Assembly: GCF_000299365.1 (NCBI RefSeq) | Contig: NC_018655.1 | Coordinates: 1,607,965-1,639,964, forward strand | Direction: 5' to 3' | Length of the DNA: 32,000 nt | Source of the DNA: Candidatus Nitrosopumilus koreensis AR1 | GTDB lineage: Archaea > Thermoproteota > Nitrososphaeria > Nitrososphaerales > Nitrosopumilaceae | Shown: positions 1 through 8,876 of the stretch, piece after piece | How positions within the stretch are numbered: the first letter of the stretch is position 1 | Layout of the letters: each line of letters begins with the position of its first letter | Made by a program: the position numbers and the translations under genes | Notes under the pieces: model-generated | What the model saw: the letters and a program-made list of their open reading frames with translations, nothing else | Databases searched by the model: none | Told to the model about the DNA's origin: nothing

Positions 1-468
1 AGAGGCAGTAGTGGTTCAGAATCACACGTAACAGAAAGTGTGGTATCTCAGATTCTAACTGAGATTGATGGACTAGAAGAACTACACAATGTACTGATAG
101 TTGGTGCAACAAATCGACTAGATATTGTAGATGATGCATTACTTAGACCTGGTAGATTCGACAGAATTATCGAAGTCCCAAATCCTGATGCAAAAGGTAG
201 ACAAAACATCTTTGAGATTCATACCAAAAAGAAACCCCTTGCAAGTGATGTGAATATTGCAAAACTTGTAGAGTTGACTGATGGATTTAGTGGTGCAGAA
301 ATTGCTGCAGTTGCAAATAGAGCTGCGATTGCTGCTCTCAAGAAGTATGTAGGTGGCAAAGCACAAAATGTTAAAGACATCAAGATATCTCAACAGGAAT
401 TAATTGATGCAATTGACAAGGTCAAGCCTCGAAAAAAAGAGGCTCCACCAACTCAATCCATAAAATAG
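1..468 (+). CDS. AAA+ ATPase, CDC48/VCP-like, C-terminal fragment (5' end lies outside the window)
   Basis: Frame 1 is open from base 1, and track ORF 40..468 is its tail. It carries AAA-module motifs: IVGATNRLDIVDDALLRPGRFDRIIEVPNPDAKGR and LTDGFSGAEIAAVANRAA. Confidence 0.85.
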   Translation, partial: RGSSGSESHVTESVVSQILTEIDGLEELHNVLIVGATNRLDIVDDALLRPGRFDRIIEVPNPDAKGRQNIFEIHTKKKPLASDVNIAKLVELTDGFSGAEIAAVANRAAIAALKKYVGGKAQNVKDIKISQQELIDAIDKVKPRKKEAPPTQSIK

Positions 469-485
469 TCTAAATACTAAGGAAA

Positions 486-716
486 ATGAGACAAAACATG
501 AAACTGTATCTTGACTTTAACCCTTGCCAAGAATGCAACACCATGATGGCAGAACTTAGTAGTCCTGAGATGTTGTTTGCTGATGAAAAAACCCGAGCAG
601 ACGAATCTGCAAAGTTTCTCAGACACTTGACATATAACCACAACGAAGTGGTTCAAGCTGTAATGGATGATCTTCCAAAACAAAAAAGAGATCAAGAACC
701 TGACTTCTACAAATAA
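486..716 (+). CDS. small hypothetical protein (76 aa; alternative start at 498)
   Basis: ORF with a protein-like mixed-charge composition and one CxxC (CQEC). I recognise no family. The overlapping minus-strand ORF 477..695 looks like antisense noise. Confidence 0.35.
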   Translation: MRQNMKLYLDFNPCQECNTMMAELSSPEMLFADEKTRADESAKFLRHLTYNHNEVVQAVMDDLPKQKRDQEPDFYK

Positions 717-780
717 TCTTCTTTTTCATTACTAGAAATTAGTAATCATATTCATATACAAAATTACCCTAAATTCTTTA

Positions 781-1224
781 GTGCAAAAAATAAAAATCAG
801 TTATATATTTGGCCTGATTGCAATTATCGTCTTATTTGGCATAACCCCTTCGTTTGCAGTTGAAACTGAACAAGAACCACAACCGCCAGAAATTCCTGAA
901 CCTTCACCTGAACCTAAACCAATTCCACTACCTGAACCAGAACCAACACCACAACCATTTCCAGGGGAAACCGAATCAGAAAAAATCCAAAGACTGACTG
1001 AAGAAAATGAAAAACTAAAACAACAAAACAAGAATCTTCAAGACCAAATATCCAGCCTGAAAAATGAAAAATTAGGATTACAATCTCAGATATCTGAGCT
1101 ACGTGAAAAGATAGATAATCTAAAGGAAATTACAATGGAGCAAATTCGTGTAATTATGGATTTAGTAAGTAGATTAAAAGATGTATTTTATGAAAAAATA
1201 ATTTCTCCTACAATTAACATGTAG
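781..1224 (+). CDS. secreted or anchored protein with a Pro/Glu-rich spacer and a coiled coil
   Basis: GTG start. N-terminal hydrophobic segment (IFGLIAIIVLFGITPSFA), then EQEPQPPEIPEPSPEPKPIPLPEPEPTPQPFP, then a heptad-like K/E/Q/L-rich region. Confidence 0.6.
   Translation: MQKIKISYIFGLIAIIVLFGITPSFAVETEQEPQPPEIPEPSPEPKPIPLPEPEPTPQPFPGETESEKIQRLTEENEKLKQQNKNLQDQISSLKNEKLGLQSQISELREKIDNLKEITMEQIRVIMDLVSRLKDVFYEKIISPTINM
868..966 (+). repeat. low-complexity Pro/Glu codon repeat inside CDS 781..1224
   Basis: CCTGAACC (P-E-P) occurs at 895, 907 and 931, within a run of cca/cct/gaa codons. Confidence 0.7.
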
Positions 1225-1238
1225 GATTTTTTGGTTTT

Positions 1239-2159
1239 TTACTCATCAAGCTTTAATGTTTTCCTAATCAAAACAGCTCTGTTTCTTATTGTAACATCGC
1301 TTACTCCTGCCTCAACTGAGAATTTCTTTTGACTGATTTTTTCCCCGTTCATTATACATGAAATGTATAATGAAGCAGCAGCTTGTGCCACTGGATGTTT
1401 TCCGGCAGTGATCTGTTCTTTTTCACAGAGCTTTAGTATCTCAAATGCGCCCCGTTTTGTCTTTTCTTTCAAATTCATATTGTTTGAAATTTTTGAGATA
1501 AACGAGGAAGTGTCGTATTGATTAAGATTCAATCCAAGCTTTTTGATTATGGTTCTTAAATCTCTGGAAAGTATTCTTCTTTCTACATTACCGGCATTGG
1601 CAATATCATCTAATGTTCTTGGGATGTTGTTTTCTCTACATGACGCATATAACGAGGCTGAAATCAATGATGCCATTGTTCTTCCTCTAGTTAGTTTTGC
1701 ACTAACTATTTTTCTGTAAATGTATGCAGCATTTTCTACTACGTTATCTGGTATTCCTAATTTTGTTTTCATCGAATGTAGTAAAGTAAAGGCCTTGCTC
1801 AAAGTAGCAGTTTTTCTTGATTTACTTCTTTGATCCCATGTTCTGAGTCTATTGAATTCATATTTTGTTTTACTTGATAATGCATTTCCAGAAGAATCTT
1901 TATTATTTCCAATCACAGTTGATAATCCTTTGTCAAACATCGTTAGTGATGTTGAAGGACCTGTTCGTGCTTGTTTCATAAAGTCTTCCTGAGTGTAACC
2001 GTTGTTTTCGTATGATGTGTCAGCTAAGTTTTGCACTAGAATAAGACCGCAACCCCCACAAAAAATTTCTCCTCGTTCAGAATCTGTTATTGCAGGATAG
2101 GTTTTGCAAGCGTCTAGTTTACACTTGACATCATAATCATTTGAATAATTTTCTACCAC
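1239..2159 (-). CDS. tfb: transcription initiation factor IIB (TFB), paralog 1
   Basis: GTG start, 306 aa. N-terminal Zn ribbon (CGGCGLIL), then two cyclin-like repeats. The C-terminus GVSDVTIRNRAVLIRKTL matches the TFB helix-turn-helix. Confidence 0.9.
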   Translation of the reverse strand: MVENYSNDYDVKCKLDACKTYPAITDSERGEIFCGGCGLILVQNLADTSYENNGYTQEDFMKQARTGPSTSLTMFDKGLSTVIGNNKDSSGNALSSKTKYEFNRLRTWDQRSKSRKTATLSKAFTLLHSMKTKLGIPDNVVENAAYIYRKIVSAKLTRGRTMASLISASLYASCRENNIPRTLDDIANAGNVERRILSRDLRTIIKKLGLNLNQYDTSSFISKISNNMNLKEKTKRGAFEILKLCEKEQITAGKHPVAQAAASLYISCIMNGEKISQKKFSVEAGVSDVTIRNRAVLIRKTLKLDE

Positions 2160-2335
2160 TGTTAACTAGTATTAGTCGACATAAAATAAAAATAAACTGT
2201 TAGAGGAAATTTTGAGATGAAAACTAAACTTTACAAACAAAAAATTCCTGATCTTTTTAAAAAATAAACTTCTTAAAAACAGTACGTCATACATCATATT
2301 AAATGTTAAAAATGAAAAAGAAATTCCTTTGAAAA

Positions 2336-2527
2336 TTATTTTTTGATTGATTCTAAAGAATGGCCACGATTTTGGATCATCTGTGTAACTGCTTCTACAG
2401 TATAATCAATTCCATGCTCTTCTTCAAAATGGTTTCTTAATTTCTCAATTGTGCCAACAGATTTTTCTTCATCAATTTGATATTGACATTCAAAACCATA
2501 ATCTTCACATCTAAGTTTGAGAGTCAT
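2336..2527 (-). CDS. DUF1059-like small protein
   Basis: 63 aa. The pattern MTLKLRCEDYGFEC...EEEHG resembles the DUF1059 family (C-x-D-x-G-x-x-C near the N-terminus, conserved His later). Confidence 0.65.
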   Translation of the reverse strand: MTLKLRCEDYGFECQYQIDEEKSVGTIEKLRNHFEEEHGIDYTVEAVTQMIQNRGHSLESIKK

Positions 2528-2652
2528 TTAGTCTGGAGAAAATATTAAACCTATAAAAACCATGGACCTGTCTTTCACACAAACGAAATTAGTCATTTTG
2601 AACCTAAAATGTATCAAATAGCACTAATAACATCTGTTATTATGAATTAGAT

Positions 2653-3033
2653 ATGAAAGGGTTAGAGTTTATTTTTCTTGCAGCGGGTTCTGTTCTTGGA
2701 GCATTTCTAAGATACAAAGTAACAGAATCACCTTTGATCTTCAATACATTACCACTAAACGTTTTGATAGTAAATATGGTTGGCGCATTTGTTCTTGGAG
2801 CATTTATTGTTATTTCAGAACAATGGAATCTTGATGGAAGATATTCTCTTTTTGCAGCAGTAGGATTTTGTGGTTCTCTTACAACAATGTCTTCATTTGC
2901 TCTTGATTCTAGTAATCTGATAGAAAGCAATCATTATGGAACACTTGCAGTCAACATAATTGCCAATGTTGGGTTATCTATTGGAGCATTAATTGGAGGA
3001 AAATCCTTAATGAGTGCAATAATATCTAATTAA
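2653..3033 (+). CDS. crcB: fluoride ion channel CrcB/FluC
   Basis: 126 aa with four hydrophobic segments. CrcB signatures present: GSVLGAFLRY and GFCGSLTTMSSF. Confidence 0.9.
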   Translation: MKGLEFIFLAAGSVLGAFLRYKVTESPLIFNTLPLNVLIVNMVGAFVLGAFIVISEQWNLDGRYSLFAAVGFCGSLTTMSSFALDSSNLIESNHYGTLAVNIIANVGLSIGALIGGKSLMSAIISN

Positions 3034-3039
3034 TTAGAA

Positions 3040-3267
3040 ATGGTCTATTCCTATCAAGTTGTAAAATTTCAATCAATATCATTTGTTCAAGGAACTCATT
3101 GGTCACAATCTGTAGGCGATAAAGGAATACTATACAAATCACTCAAAGATCCATTTTCAAAACTAATAGTTCAAACTAATGATGCAAAAAAATTATTTCA
3201 TGTGCCAAAAGACAGAACTGTGGTTGTTACAAATGATACTGTTCATTTTCTAGGCGAATTAGCTTAG
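3040..3267 (+). CDS. hypothetical protein (75 aa) immediately downstream of crcB
   Basis: ATG 7 nt after the crcB stop. No family recognised. Confidence 0.35.
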   Translation: MVYSYQVVKFQSISFVQGTHWSQSVGDKGILYKSLKDPFSKLIVQTNDAKKLFHVPKDRTVVVTNDTVHFLGELA

Positions 3268-3540
3268 TTATTTAAAAAACTGATCAACTTGATCTCTATA
3301 TTTCAGTGCAATCTTTCCAAAATCTGAAAAATCCTCTACAGTTGGATTTTTCATTCTCATTGCGTATTGATTCACAAATACAGACAAAGCACTACCTATG
3401 ATTAAATTGTACACACCATCTGCAACATTATTTGAGTACGGAAATGCAACTTTAATAAAAGGCAGATATGACTCTGTTTGAGATATCATTAACTTGATAT
3501 GCTTTTCAACAACATCTTCTACATCAGTAGGTATTGCCAT
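3268..3540 (-). CDS. hypothetical protein (90 aa)
   Basis: ATG-initiated ORF with plausible composition. No family recognised. Confidence 0.45.
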   Translation of the reverse strand: MAIPTDVEDVVEKHIKLMISQTESYLPFIKVAFPYSNNVADGVYNLIIGSALSVFVNQYAMRMKNPTVEDFSDFGKIALKYRDQVDQFFK

Positions 3541-3619
3541 GATTTTACTAGTATTGATTTCTTATAAGTAGATCTTTTACACAGGGTGTTGTTTTCAAAG
3601 TTGATAATTGCTTTTAGAA

Positions 3620-3633
3620 TTTATTAAAAAAAA
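3620..3633 (+). promoter_or_regulatory. candidate TATA box for hsp20
   Basis: TTTATTAAAAAAAA is centred roughly 25 nt upstream of ATG 3649. That spacing fits a leaderless or short-leader archaeal promoter. Confidence 0.3.
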
Positions 3634-3648
3634 TACTGGAATGGTTTT

Positions 3649-4128
3649 ATGGTGGCAAAAAAACCTACCAAAAAACCTTCAGTCCCATCTCCATTTCTAA
3701 CTTCAAGTTGGTTTGATATTGACAAATCAATTAATAATTTAAAAAAGGAGATGGAAAAAGCATTTTCTTCATTCCCAACAACAATGATGCCAAGAATATC
3801 ACAAACATCTTGTGATATTATTGATGAAGGGAAACAGTTCCGTGTAAAAATGGATGTTCCGGGAATAAAGAAAAATGAAATAAAACTGAATGTGACTGAA
3901 AATTCTCTTGAAATTTCAGGAGAGCATAAGGAAGAATCCGAAGAAAAGAAGAAAAATTTCCTTACAAAAGAACGCAGTCAGGTATCATACTATAGAACTC
4001 TGCCTCTTTCTGAAAACATAGTTGCATCTAAGGTAAAGGCAAAACTTAGTGATGGGGTTTTAGATATAACACTACCAAAATCTAAACCTACAAAGACCCA
4101 AAAGAAGAAATCAGTCTCAATTCAATAG
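3649..4128 (+). CDS. hsp20: small heat shock protein, Hsp20/alpha-crystallin family
   Basis: Alpha-crystallin domain: DIIDEGKQFRVKMDVPGIKKNEIKLNVTENSLEISGEHK...RTLPLSENIVASKVKAKLSDGVLDITLPK. Confidence 0.9.
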   Translation: MVAKKPTKKPSVPSPFLTSSWFDIDKSINNLKKEMEKAFSSFPTTMMPRISQTSCDIIDEGKQFRVKMDVPGIKKNEIKLNVTENSLEISGEHKEESEEKKKNFLTKERSQVSYYRTLPLSENIVASKVKAKLSDGVLDITLPKSKPTKTQKKKSVSIQ

Positions 4129-4347
4129 TTGTTCTTTCACAACCACTTGAGATAGATATTTTTCTTTTCCTTTTCTGCTTCTAGGCAAACACCTTAACTG
4201 CCTGTTACAACATGGGCAAGTTAGCCCGTCATAGTCTACAAATACTTCACAATAATTACATCTCTTCTGACCTGCAGCGTATCTTCCAATTTGTGACGGT
4301 TTTAGTGCTTTGTACTCTTTGCATTTACCAATACAATACGTCATCAA
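4117..4347 (-). CDS. cysteine-rich zinc-ribbon-like small protein
   Basis: 76 aa with 8 Cys in paired motifs: C-x3-C, CNYC and CPCC. Its 3' end overlaps the hsp20 3' end by 12 nt. Confidence 0.55.
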   Translation of the reverse strand: MMTYCIGKCKEYKALKPSQIGRYAAGQKRCNYCEVFVDYDGLTCPCCNRQLRCLPRSRKGKEKYLSQVVVKEQLLN

Positions 4348-4451
4348 TGAAGCCTAAAATTATTCAAAAATAAAAGGTTTGATTGCACTGCAACGCACTT
4401 TTTGAATATCTTCCAAATTGAATTTATAATACTAGTCTCCACTTTTGGCTG

Positions 4452-4751
4452 TTGCATTATCTGGATGAAAAAGTATTTGGAAATATCACTACAAAAGAAA
4501 TCATTGGTGCAGAACCACCAGAAATTCCTGATACGAGAGATAATTTAGAAAACGAACTTGCAACTTTACTGTCCGAATTAGAATCACAGTCAAAAGAAAA
4601 TCTTGAAAAACTACTAGAAAAACAAAAGGCTGCAGAGGATCATGTCAATAGTAGGCCTGGAGCTATGGCACTATCCCAACCTAAAATTCAATTGTTTACA
4701 ACATACAGTCAAAGATACATAAAATCAATTAAAGAAAAATTAGAATCTTAG
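4452..4751 (+). CDS. hypothetical acidic, helical protein (99 aa)
   Basis: TTG start in the ORF track, so the start is uncertain. E/K/L-rich helical composition. Confidence 0.4.
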   Translation: MHYLDEKVFGNITTKEIIGAEPPEIPDTRDNLENELATLLSELESQSKENLEKLLEKQKAAEDHVNSRPGAMALSQPKIQLFTTYSQRYIKSIKEKLES

Positions 4752-5692
4752 ACTTTTTTCTTTTTGCTACGTTTTTTTGGAGATGCCTTTCTTCGTACTA
4801 GTAATGATATGATTGCACCTGCTGGAATTCCTATAATTGTTCCAAGACTAACATAGGGGGCAATAAAGAAACTTCCAATCCAAATTCCACCATCAGTTGT
4901 CAATTCCATAAATGTTCGTGGTCTTAGAGTTACTGAAACTGTCTGTGAATCTTCTTTTTGTTCTCCAACATCGTCTGTATATTGTACAATAATCTCAAAT
5001 GGAATCTTGTATTCCGTATTTACTTCATCAGTTGGGGTGATGATTCTTGATGTTATTCCTATAGGAGTATTTTTTTGTATTTTAGAAAAAGTATGTGATG
5101 TTTCACCTCTAAACTCAATATCTTTAGGCGAAATGATCTTGATTCTAACATCTGTAATATCAATATCTTCAGAAATCACACCTACTTCTATTGGAAACTC
5201 TGCATTTGCAAAAATTGATTCAGGTGTTTTTGTATAAATTGTAACATTTGGATCAGCTTTTATGGTAATTGGAATTGCAATGTCATAAAAGAATGGTTCT
5301 TGTGGTGTTTTATTATTTGATACAAGAACCTGAGAATATTTTATGTTAAGAAAATGAATTCCTGGATTTGCATTATCTGTGATGTATAGATTGATATTTT
5401 CTCCATATGATCCACCTTGCGCCAATTTGTCAATTATGATATTTTTTGGCTCTACATTTAATCCTCGAATCTCAGATACCAAGAACTCAAATGAAATATC
5501 CTGTTTTTCTTCCCATCCGTTATTTTTTACTAAAATCGAGATAATTCCTTCTCGCCCTACTACAATTTCACCAGGATGCGTGATCTCAATATCCATCCCT
5601 CCTTCTAGATTCTGAACTAGGGTTTCTGCGTAAACATTTGGAATTAGCATAAAGAATCCCAACATCAAGGGGACGGTCCATAGCGGTCTCAT
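4748..5692 (-). CDS. cell-surface protein: signal peptide, beta-rich ectodomain, C-terminal TM anchor with a poly-basic tail
   Basis: N-terminus MRPLWTVPLMLGFFMLIPNVYAE. CARDB-like segments such as GREGIISILVKNNGWEEKQDISFEF. C-terminus GTIIGIPAGAIISLLVRRKASPKKRSKKKKV. Confidence 0.7.
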   Translation of the reverse strand: MRPLWTVPLMLGFFMLIPNVYAETLVQNLEGGMDIEITHPGEIVVGREGIISILVKNNGWEEKQDISFEFLVSEIRGLNVEPKNIIIDKLAQGGSYGENINLYITDNANPGIHFLNIKYSQVLVSNNKTPQEPFFYDIAIPITIKADPNVTIYTKTPESIFANAEFPIEVGVISEDIDITDVRIKIISPKDIEFRGETSHTFSKIQKNTPIGITSRIITPTDEVNTEYKIPFEIIVQYTDDVGEQKEDSQTVSVTLRPRTFMELTTDGGIWIGSFFIAPYVSLGTIIGIPAGAIISLLVRRKASPKKRSKKKKV

Positions 5693-5768
5693 TTCTTACC
5701 TCAAATAACTCCGTAATCCCTATTCTGTGTTATTGTCAGGCTCAAAATTTTGCAAAAAAACTTGTTGA

Positions 5769-5778
5769 TTCATAAATA
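5769..5778 (+). promoter_or_regulatory. candidate TATA box for TFB paralog 2
   Basis: TTCATAAATA lies about 30-39 nt upstream of ATG 5808. Confidence 0.3.
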
Positions 5779-5807
5779 CCAACCAACGGAGGACTCTAGA
5801 AATAATC

Positions 5808-6712
5808 ATGGTAAGTAAAACAAAAGAACTCTGTCCAAGATGTGCGCAGGGAAAACTAGTAACTGATAATGAATCCGGAGAGATGTTTTGCTCCAAATGT
5901 GGGTTTGTGATCACTGAAAAATTACAAGAGGCAGGCCCTGAATGGAGATCATTTACACAAGACGAACACGGAGACAGGGCAAGAGCAGGCGCTCCTACCT
6001 CATTGACTATGCATGACATGGGTCTTGCTACAATAATTAATCCAGTAAACAAGGATGCTTCTGGAAGACCACTAACAGCTTCTATGAAAAGTACTATTGA
6101 GAGATTACGAACTTGGGATAGTAGAAGCCAAGTTCATGAACCAGTTGATAGAAATTTCAGACAAGCATTTAGTGAATTAAACAGACTAAAAGACAAACTA
6201 GCAATTTCTGATGCAGTAATTGAAAAGGCAGCTTACATTTACAGAAAAGCATTAGATAAAGGACTCGTTAGAGGTCGCTCCATTTCAGCTTTGATGGCAT
6301 CAGCACTTTATGCTGCATGTCGTGATACTGAAACTCCAAGAAATCTAAAAGATGTTGAACAAGCAGCAAACATCAAAAGAAAAGATATCGCAAGATGTTA
6401 CAGATTACTAGTAAAAGAACTTGACTTGAAGATGCCAGTAACTGATTCAATTCAATGTGTTGCAAGAATTGCCAGTAGAATTGGAATTGCAGAAAAACAA
6501 AGAGATATGCAGTTAAAGTGCTCAAAAAAGCACAAGAAAACGAAGTTTCAGCAGGAAAAGATCCAATGGGATTAGCTGCTGCTGCACTATACCTATCATG
6601 TGTCAAAAATGGTGAAGATAAGACTCAGCGTGATATTGCAGAAGCTGCAAACGTGACTGAAGTTACCATTAGAAATAGGTACAAAGGTCTCAAAGAATCC
6701 CTCGATCTTTAA
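5808..6712 (+). pseudogene. tfb: TFB paralog 2, interrupted by a -1 frameshift (pseudogene, homopolymer error or recoded gene)
   Basis: ORF 5808..6575 encodes the Zn ribbon (CPRCAQG...CSKCGFV) and the first cyclin repeat. ORF 6518..6712, in another frame, encodes the TFB C-terminus (GKDPMGLAAAALYLSC...VTEVTIRNRYKGL). The frames join at the A5 run 6493-6497. Confidence 0.85.
6492..6498 (+). other. frameshift site GAAAAAC in TFB paralog 2
   Basis: Frame 0 reads GCA GAA AAA CAA (AEKQ). One extra A, or a -1 slip on the AAA codon, gives GAA AAA ACA AAG AGA TAT = EKTKRY. Paralog 1 has LKEKTKRGAFEIL at the same place. Confidence 0.8.
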
Positions 6713-8184
6713 TCAAATTTTTCTTGAAAATTTACTTTTTTTACAAATCCACCTTCGTTTGACTCATCCATTAAATTTTCTACTTTTTTTGATTCATCTT
6801 TAGATGCACCATCATCAGAATCTTCAGGTGGTTTTACAAATCCACCTTCAGTTGATTCTGGAGGAGGAATATTTTTTGCTCTTCCCATTCCAATTGTTGT
6901 AATAATTACTGATGCCAAAATGATAAAGAATATGATTTGTGGATATGCTTCTGCATTTGAGAGCCCCATAGTTATTGGATATGTAGCGAGTACTGCTGCA
7001 GCAAGCCCTCTAGGAATCATAGAATTTGTAACAGCTCTGTCCAACTTGGAAAATCTTTTTGTCAGTGTAATTTTTGCAACAATTCCTCTTCCAAAGAAAA
7101 CTGCAATTGTTACTAAAATTCCAAATATCATATATTCTATTTGTCCAAAACTTGCCATTAATCCAACAAATACAAAGAAAAATGCTCTTACCAAAAATGT
7201 GAGCTGGTTATGAGTTGGATCATCCATCTCGATTTTTGGTAATTTGAACTTAAGAATATGTGCTAGATGACTCTTATTTCCAACCATTAATCCAAATACT
7301 AATGCAGTTAATGCACCTGATTCTCCAAATGAATTTGCTAAGAAGAATAACACAAACAAAATTCCTAATGTAAGCATGTATCCATGTTGAGCATTTCCAA
7401 GCTTTGTTGAAACATACATCCAAGGAATTCCTACACCAAATCCCAGAACTAAACCTACTATAACTGCCCTTCCAAGTGTTTCTTGTAATGTCTGAATATC
7501 AAAATGTCCTGCAAGTACTGCTTCAAATAATATGAATGCAATAATTGTAGCTAAAATATCAGTTAGAGCTGATTCAAAACTTAGCATAGATTTTGCTTCT
7601 TCTGAAATCTGGACATTTCTAACCAATCCAAAAACAATTGCAGAACTACTTCCTCCAACAATTGAGCCCAACAAAATACTTTCTAACCATAACCATCCCA
7701 ATGCATAATGTGCTGCAACTGCAATTACTGTAACTGACAAAATAAAACCAAGAATAGCTAATGTGGATGAAAAATGTGCTGTTCTTATAACATGTTTGAT
7801 ATCTAAATTTAATCCTCCATCAAACATGATGATTATTAATGCCAGTGCTGCAAAATATGGAACCACTTGAATTACAGCTTCTGGTTGAATCAAACCTAGT
7901 ACTGGTCCTAGAATCACTCCTAGAATCATCAAGAATGCAACATCTGGTATTCCTGTTTTTTTAAAAAATGCTTCACCTGCAACTCCAAGAAAAATTACAA
8001 CCCCTGCTGCAAGCAAAATTACATGAGCTGGAGCAATAACACCATCTTGAACAGATAATGTTCCAATTGAGTTTTGCAACTCTGTAATTCTTTCTAAAAT
8101 AAAATTTGAATCAAAATTAGATAATGGTATTTCACCAAACTGGCCTCTAATTAAATTCAAAATAGACAAAACTATTGGATTCAT
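6709..8184 (-). CDS. cation:proton antiporter (Na+/H+ exchanger family, CPA1/NhaP-like)
   Basis: 491 aa, polytopic. The block FESALTDILATII aligns by eye with the ESLLND block of Na+/H+ exchangers. Hydrophilic acidic C-terminal tail. Confidence 0.8.
   Translation of the reverse strand: MNPIVLSILNLIRGQFGEIPLSNFDSNFILERITELQNSIGTLSVQDGVIAPAHVILLAAGVVIFLGVAGEAFFKKTGIPDVAFLMILGVILGPVLGLIQPEAVIQVVPYFAALALIIIMFDGGLNLDIKHVIRTAHFSSTLAILGFILSVTVIAVAAHYALGWLWLESILLGSIVGGSSSAIVFGLVRNVQISEEAKSMLSFESALTDILATIIAFILFEAVLAGHFDIQTLQETLGRAVIVGLVLGFGVGIPWMYVSTKLGNAQHGYMLTLGILFVLFFLANSFGESGALTALVFGLMVGNKSHLAHILKFKLPKIEMDDPTHNQLTFLVRAFFFVFVGLMASFGQIEYMIFGILVTIAVFFGRGIVAKITLTKRFSKLDRAVTNSMIPRGLAAAVLATYPITMGLSNAEAYPQIIFFIILASVIITTIGMGRAKNIPPPESTEGGFVKPPEDSDDGASKDESKKVENLMDESNEGGFVKKVNFQEKFD
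6739..6849 (-). repeat. 18-bp perfect direct repeat (two copies, 93 bp apart) in the antiporter C-terminal tail
   Basis: TTTTACAAATCCACCTTC occurs at 6739-6756 and 6832-6849. Both copies encode EGGFVK (STEGGFVKPP and SNEGGFVKKV). Confidence 0.85.
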
Positions 8185-8297
8185 CTATTATTGCATCTCA
8201 ATATCTATGGATAAAAATTAAACTAGATTTGGTTAGTCATTTTAGCCTCATTAATTTTAGATACACCTTAAATCACCCCAAACAGTATTTTTCTTGA

Positions 8298-8840
8298 ATG
8301 AGTGCTACAAATGAACTTCGCGCAGATCACGTACAGGTAAGACGTCTTGAAAAAATTGTTTTCAAATGTGCAGAGGAATTAAAAAATGGAACAGATATTC
8401 CATTTTCTGATCTTACAAAGATAACTATTGTTATATCTGAATTTGTAGATACAATTCACCATTCTAGAGAAGAGGACTCTTATTTTCCATGTGTAGCAAG
8501 CTATGATTCTCTAAAAGATGAAATTCATAAATTTCTGGTTGAACATGAATTTGGAAGAAATGTTGCAAGAAAAATCCATCACCATCTAAAACAATGGAAA
8601 GCAGGTGAAGATGCAAGAGAACCTGTCTCAAGATATCTTAAAACATATGCAATATTTCTCAACGATCATCTAAACAAAGAAAACAAATTCTTTGATAACG
8701 TAGAAGCTAATGTTTTATCAAAAGAGGAAGAAACAGACATGTATGAACAATACAGATCTATATTTGCAGTCGTAAAGAAAGTTGAGGATATGATCAAAGA
8801 AATTGATTTCTTAGAGAATCAACCTTGGTTTAAAAATTAA
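8298..8840 (+). CDS. hemerythrin-like (HHE cation-binding) domain protein
   Basis: 180 aa, helical. His/Glu pattern: LRADHVQV, IHHSREEDSYFP, VEHEFGR, LNDHLNKENKFF. Confidence 0.65.
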   Translation: MSATNELRADHVQVRRLEKIVFKCAEELKNGTDIPFSDLTKITIVISEFVDTIHHSREEDSYFPCVASYDSLKDEIHKFLVEHEFGRNVARKIHHHLKQWKAGEDAREPVSRYLKTYAIFLNDHLNKENKFFDNVEANVLSKEEETDMYEQYRSIFAVVKKVEDMIKEIDFLENQPWFKN

Positions 8841-8876
8841 CGTAAGCTCTTTATGGGCTGATTGGAAATTTTTTAC

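Noticed and set aside
139-1031. Minus-strand ORFs 139..393, 477..695 and 801..1031
   Set aside because: Antisense to better-supported plus-strand genes. 801..1031 is the G/S-rich mirror image of the Pro/Glu repeat.
2528-2652. Possible fluoride riboswitch upstream of crcB
   Set aside because: Fluoride (crcB-motif) riboswitches often precede crcB. This AT-rich spacer shows neither the conserved GGnGAUGG...CC / UGAUG..CCUAC-type segments nor a convincing pseudoknot-forming helix.
2640-2930. Minus-strand ORF opposite crcB
   Set aside because: Fully overlaps crcB, which has clear family signatures.
5007-7213. Shadow ORFs 5007..5237, 5379..5615, 5720..6052, 6373..6606 and 6920..7213
   Set aside because: Each lies antisense within the surface protein, TFB paralog 2 or the antiporter, and has an atypical composition.
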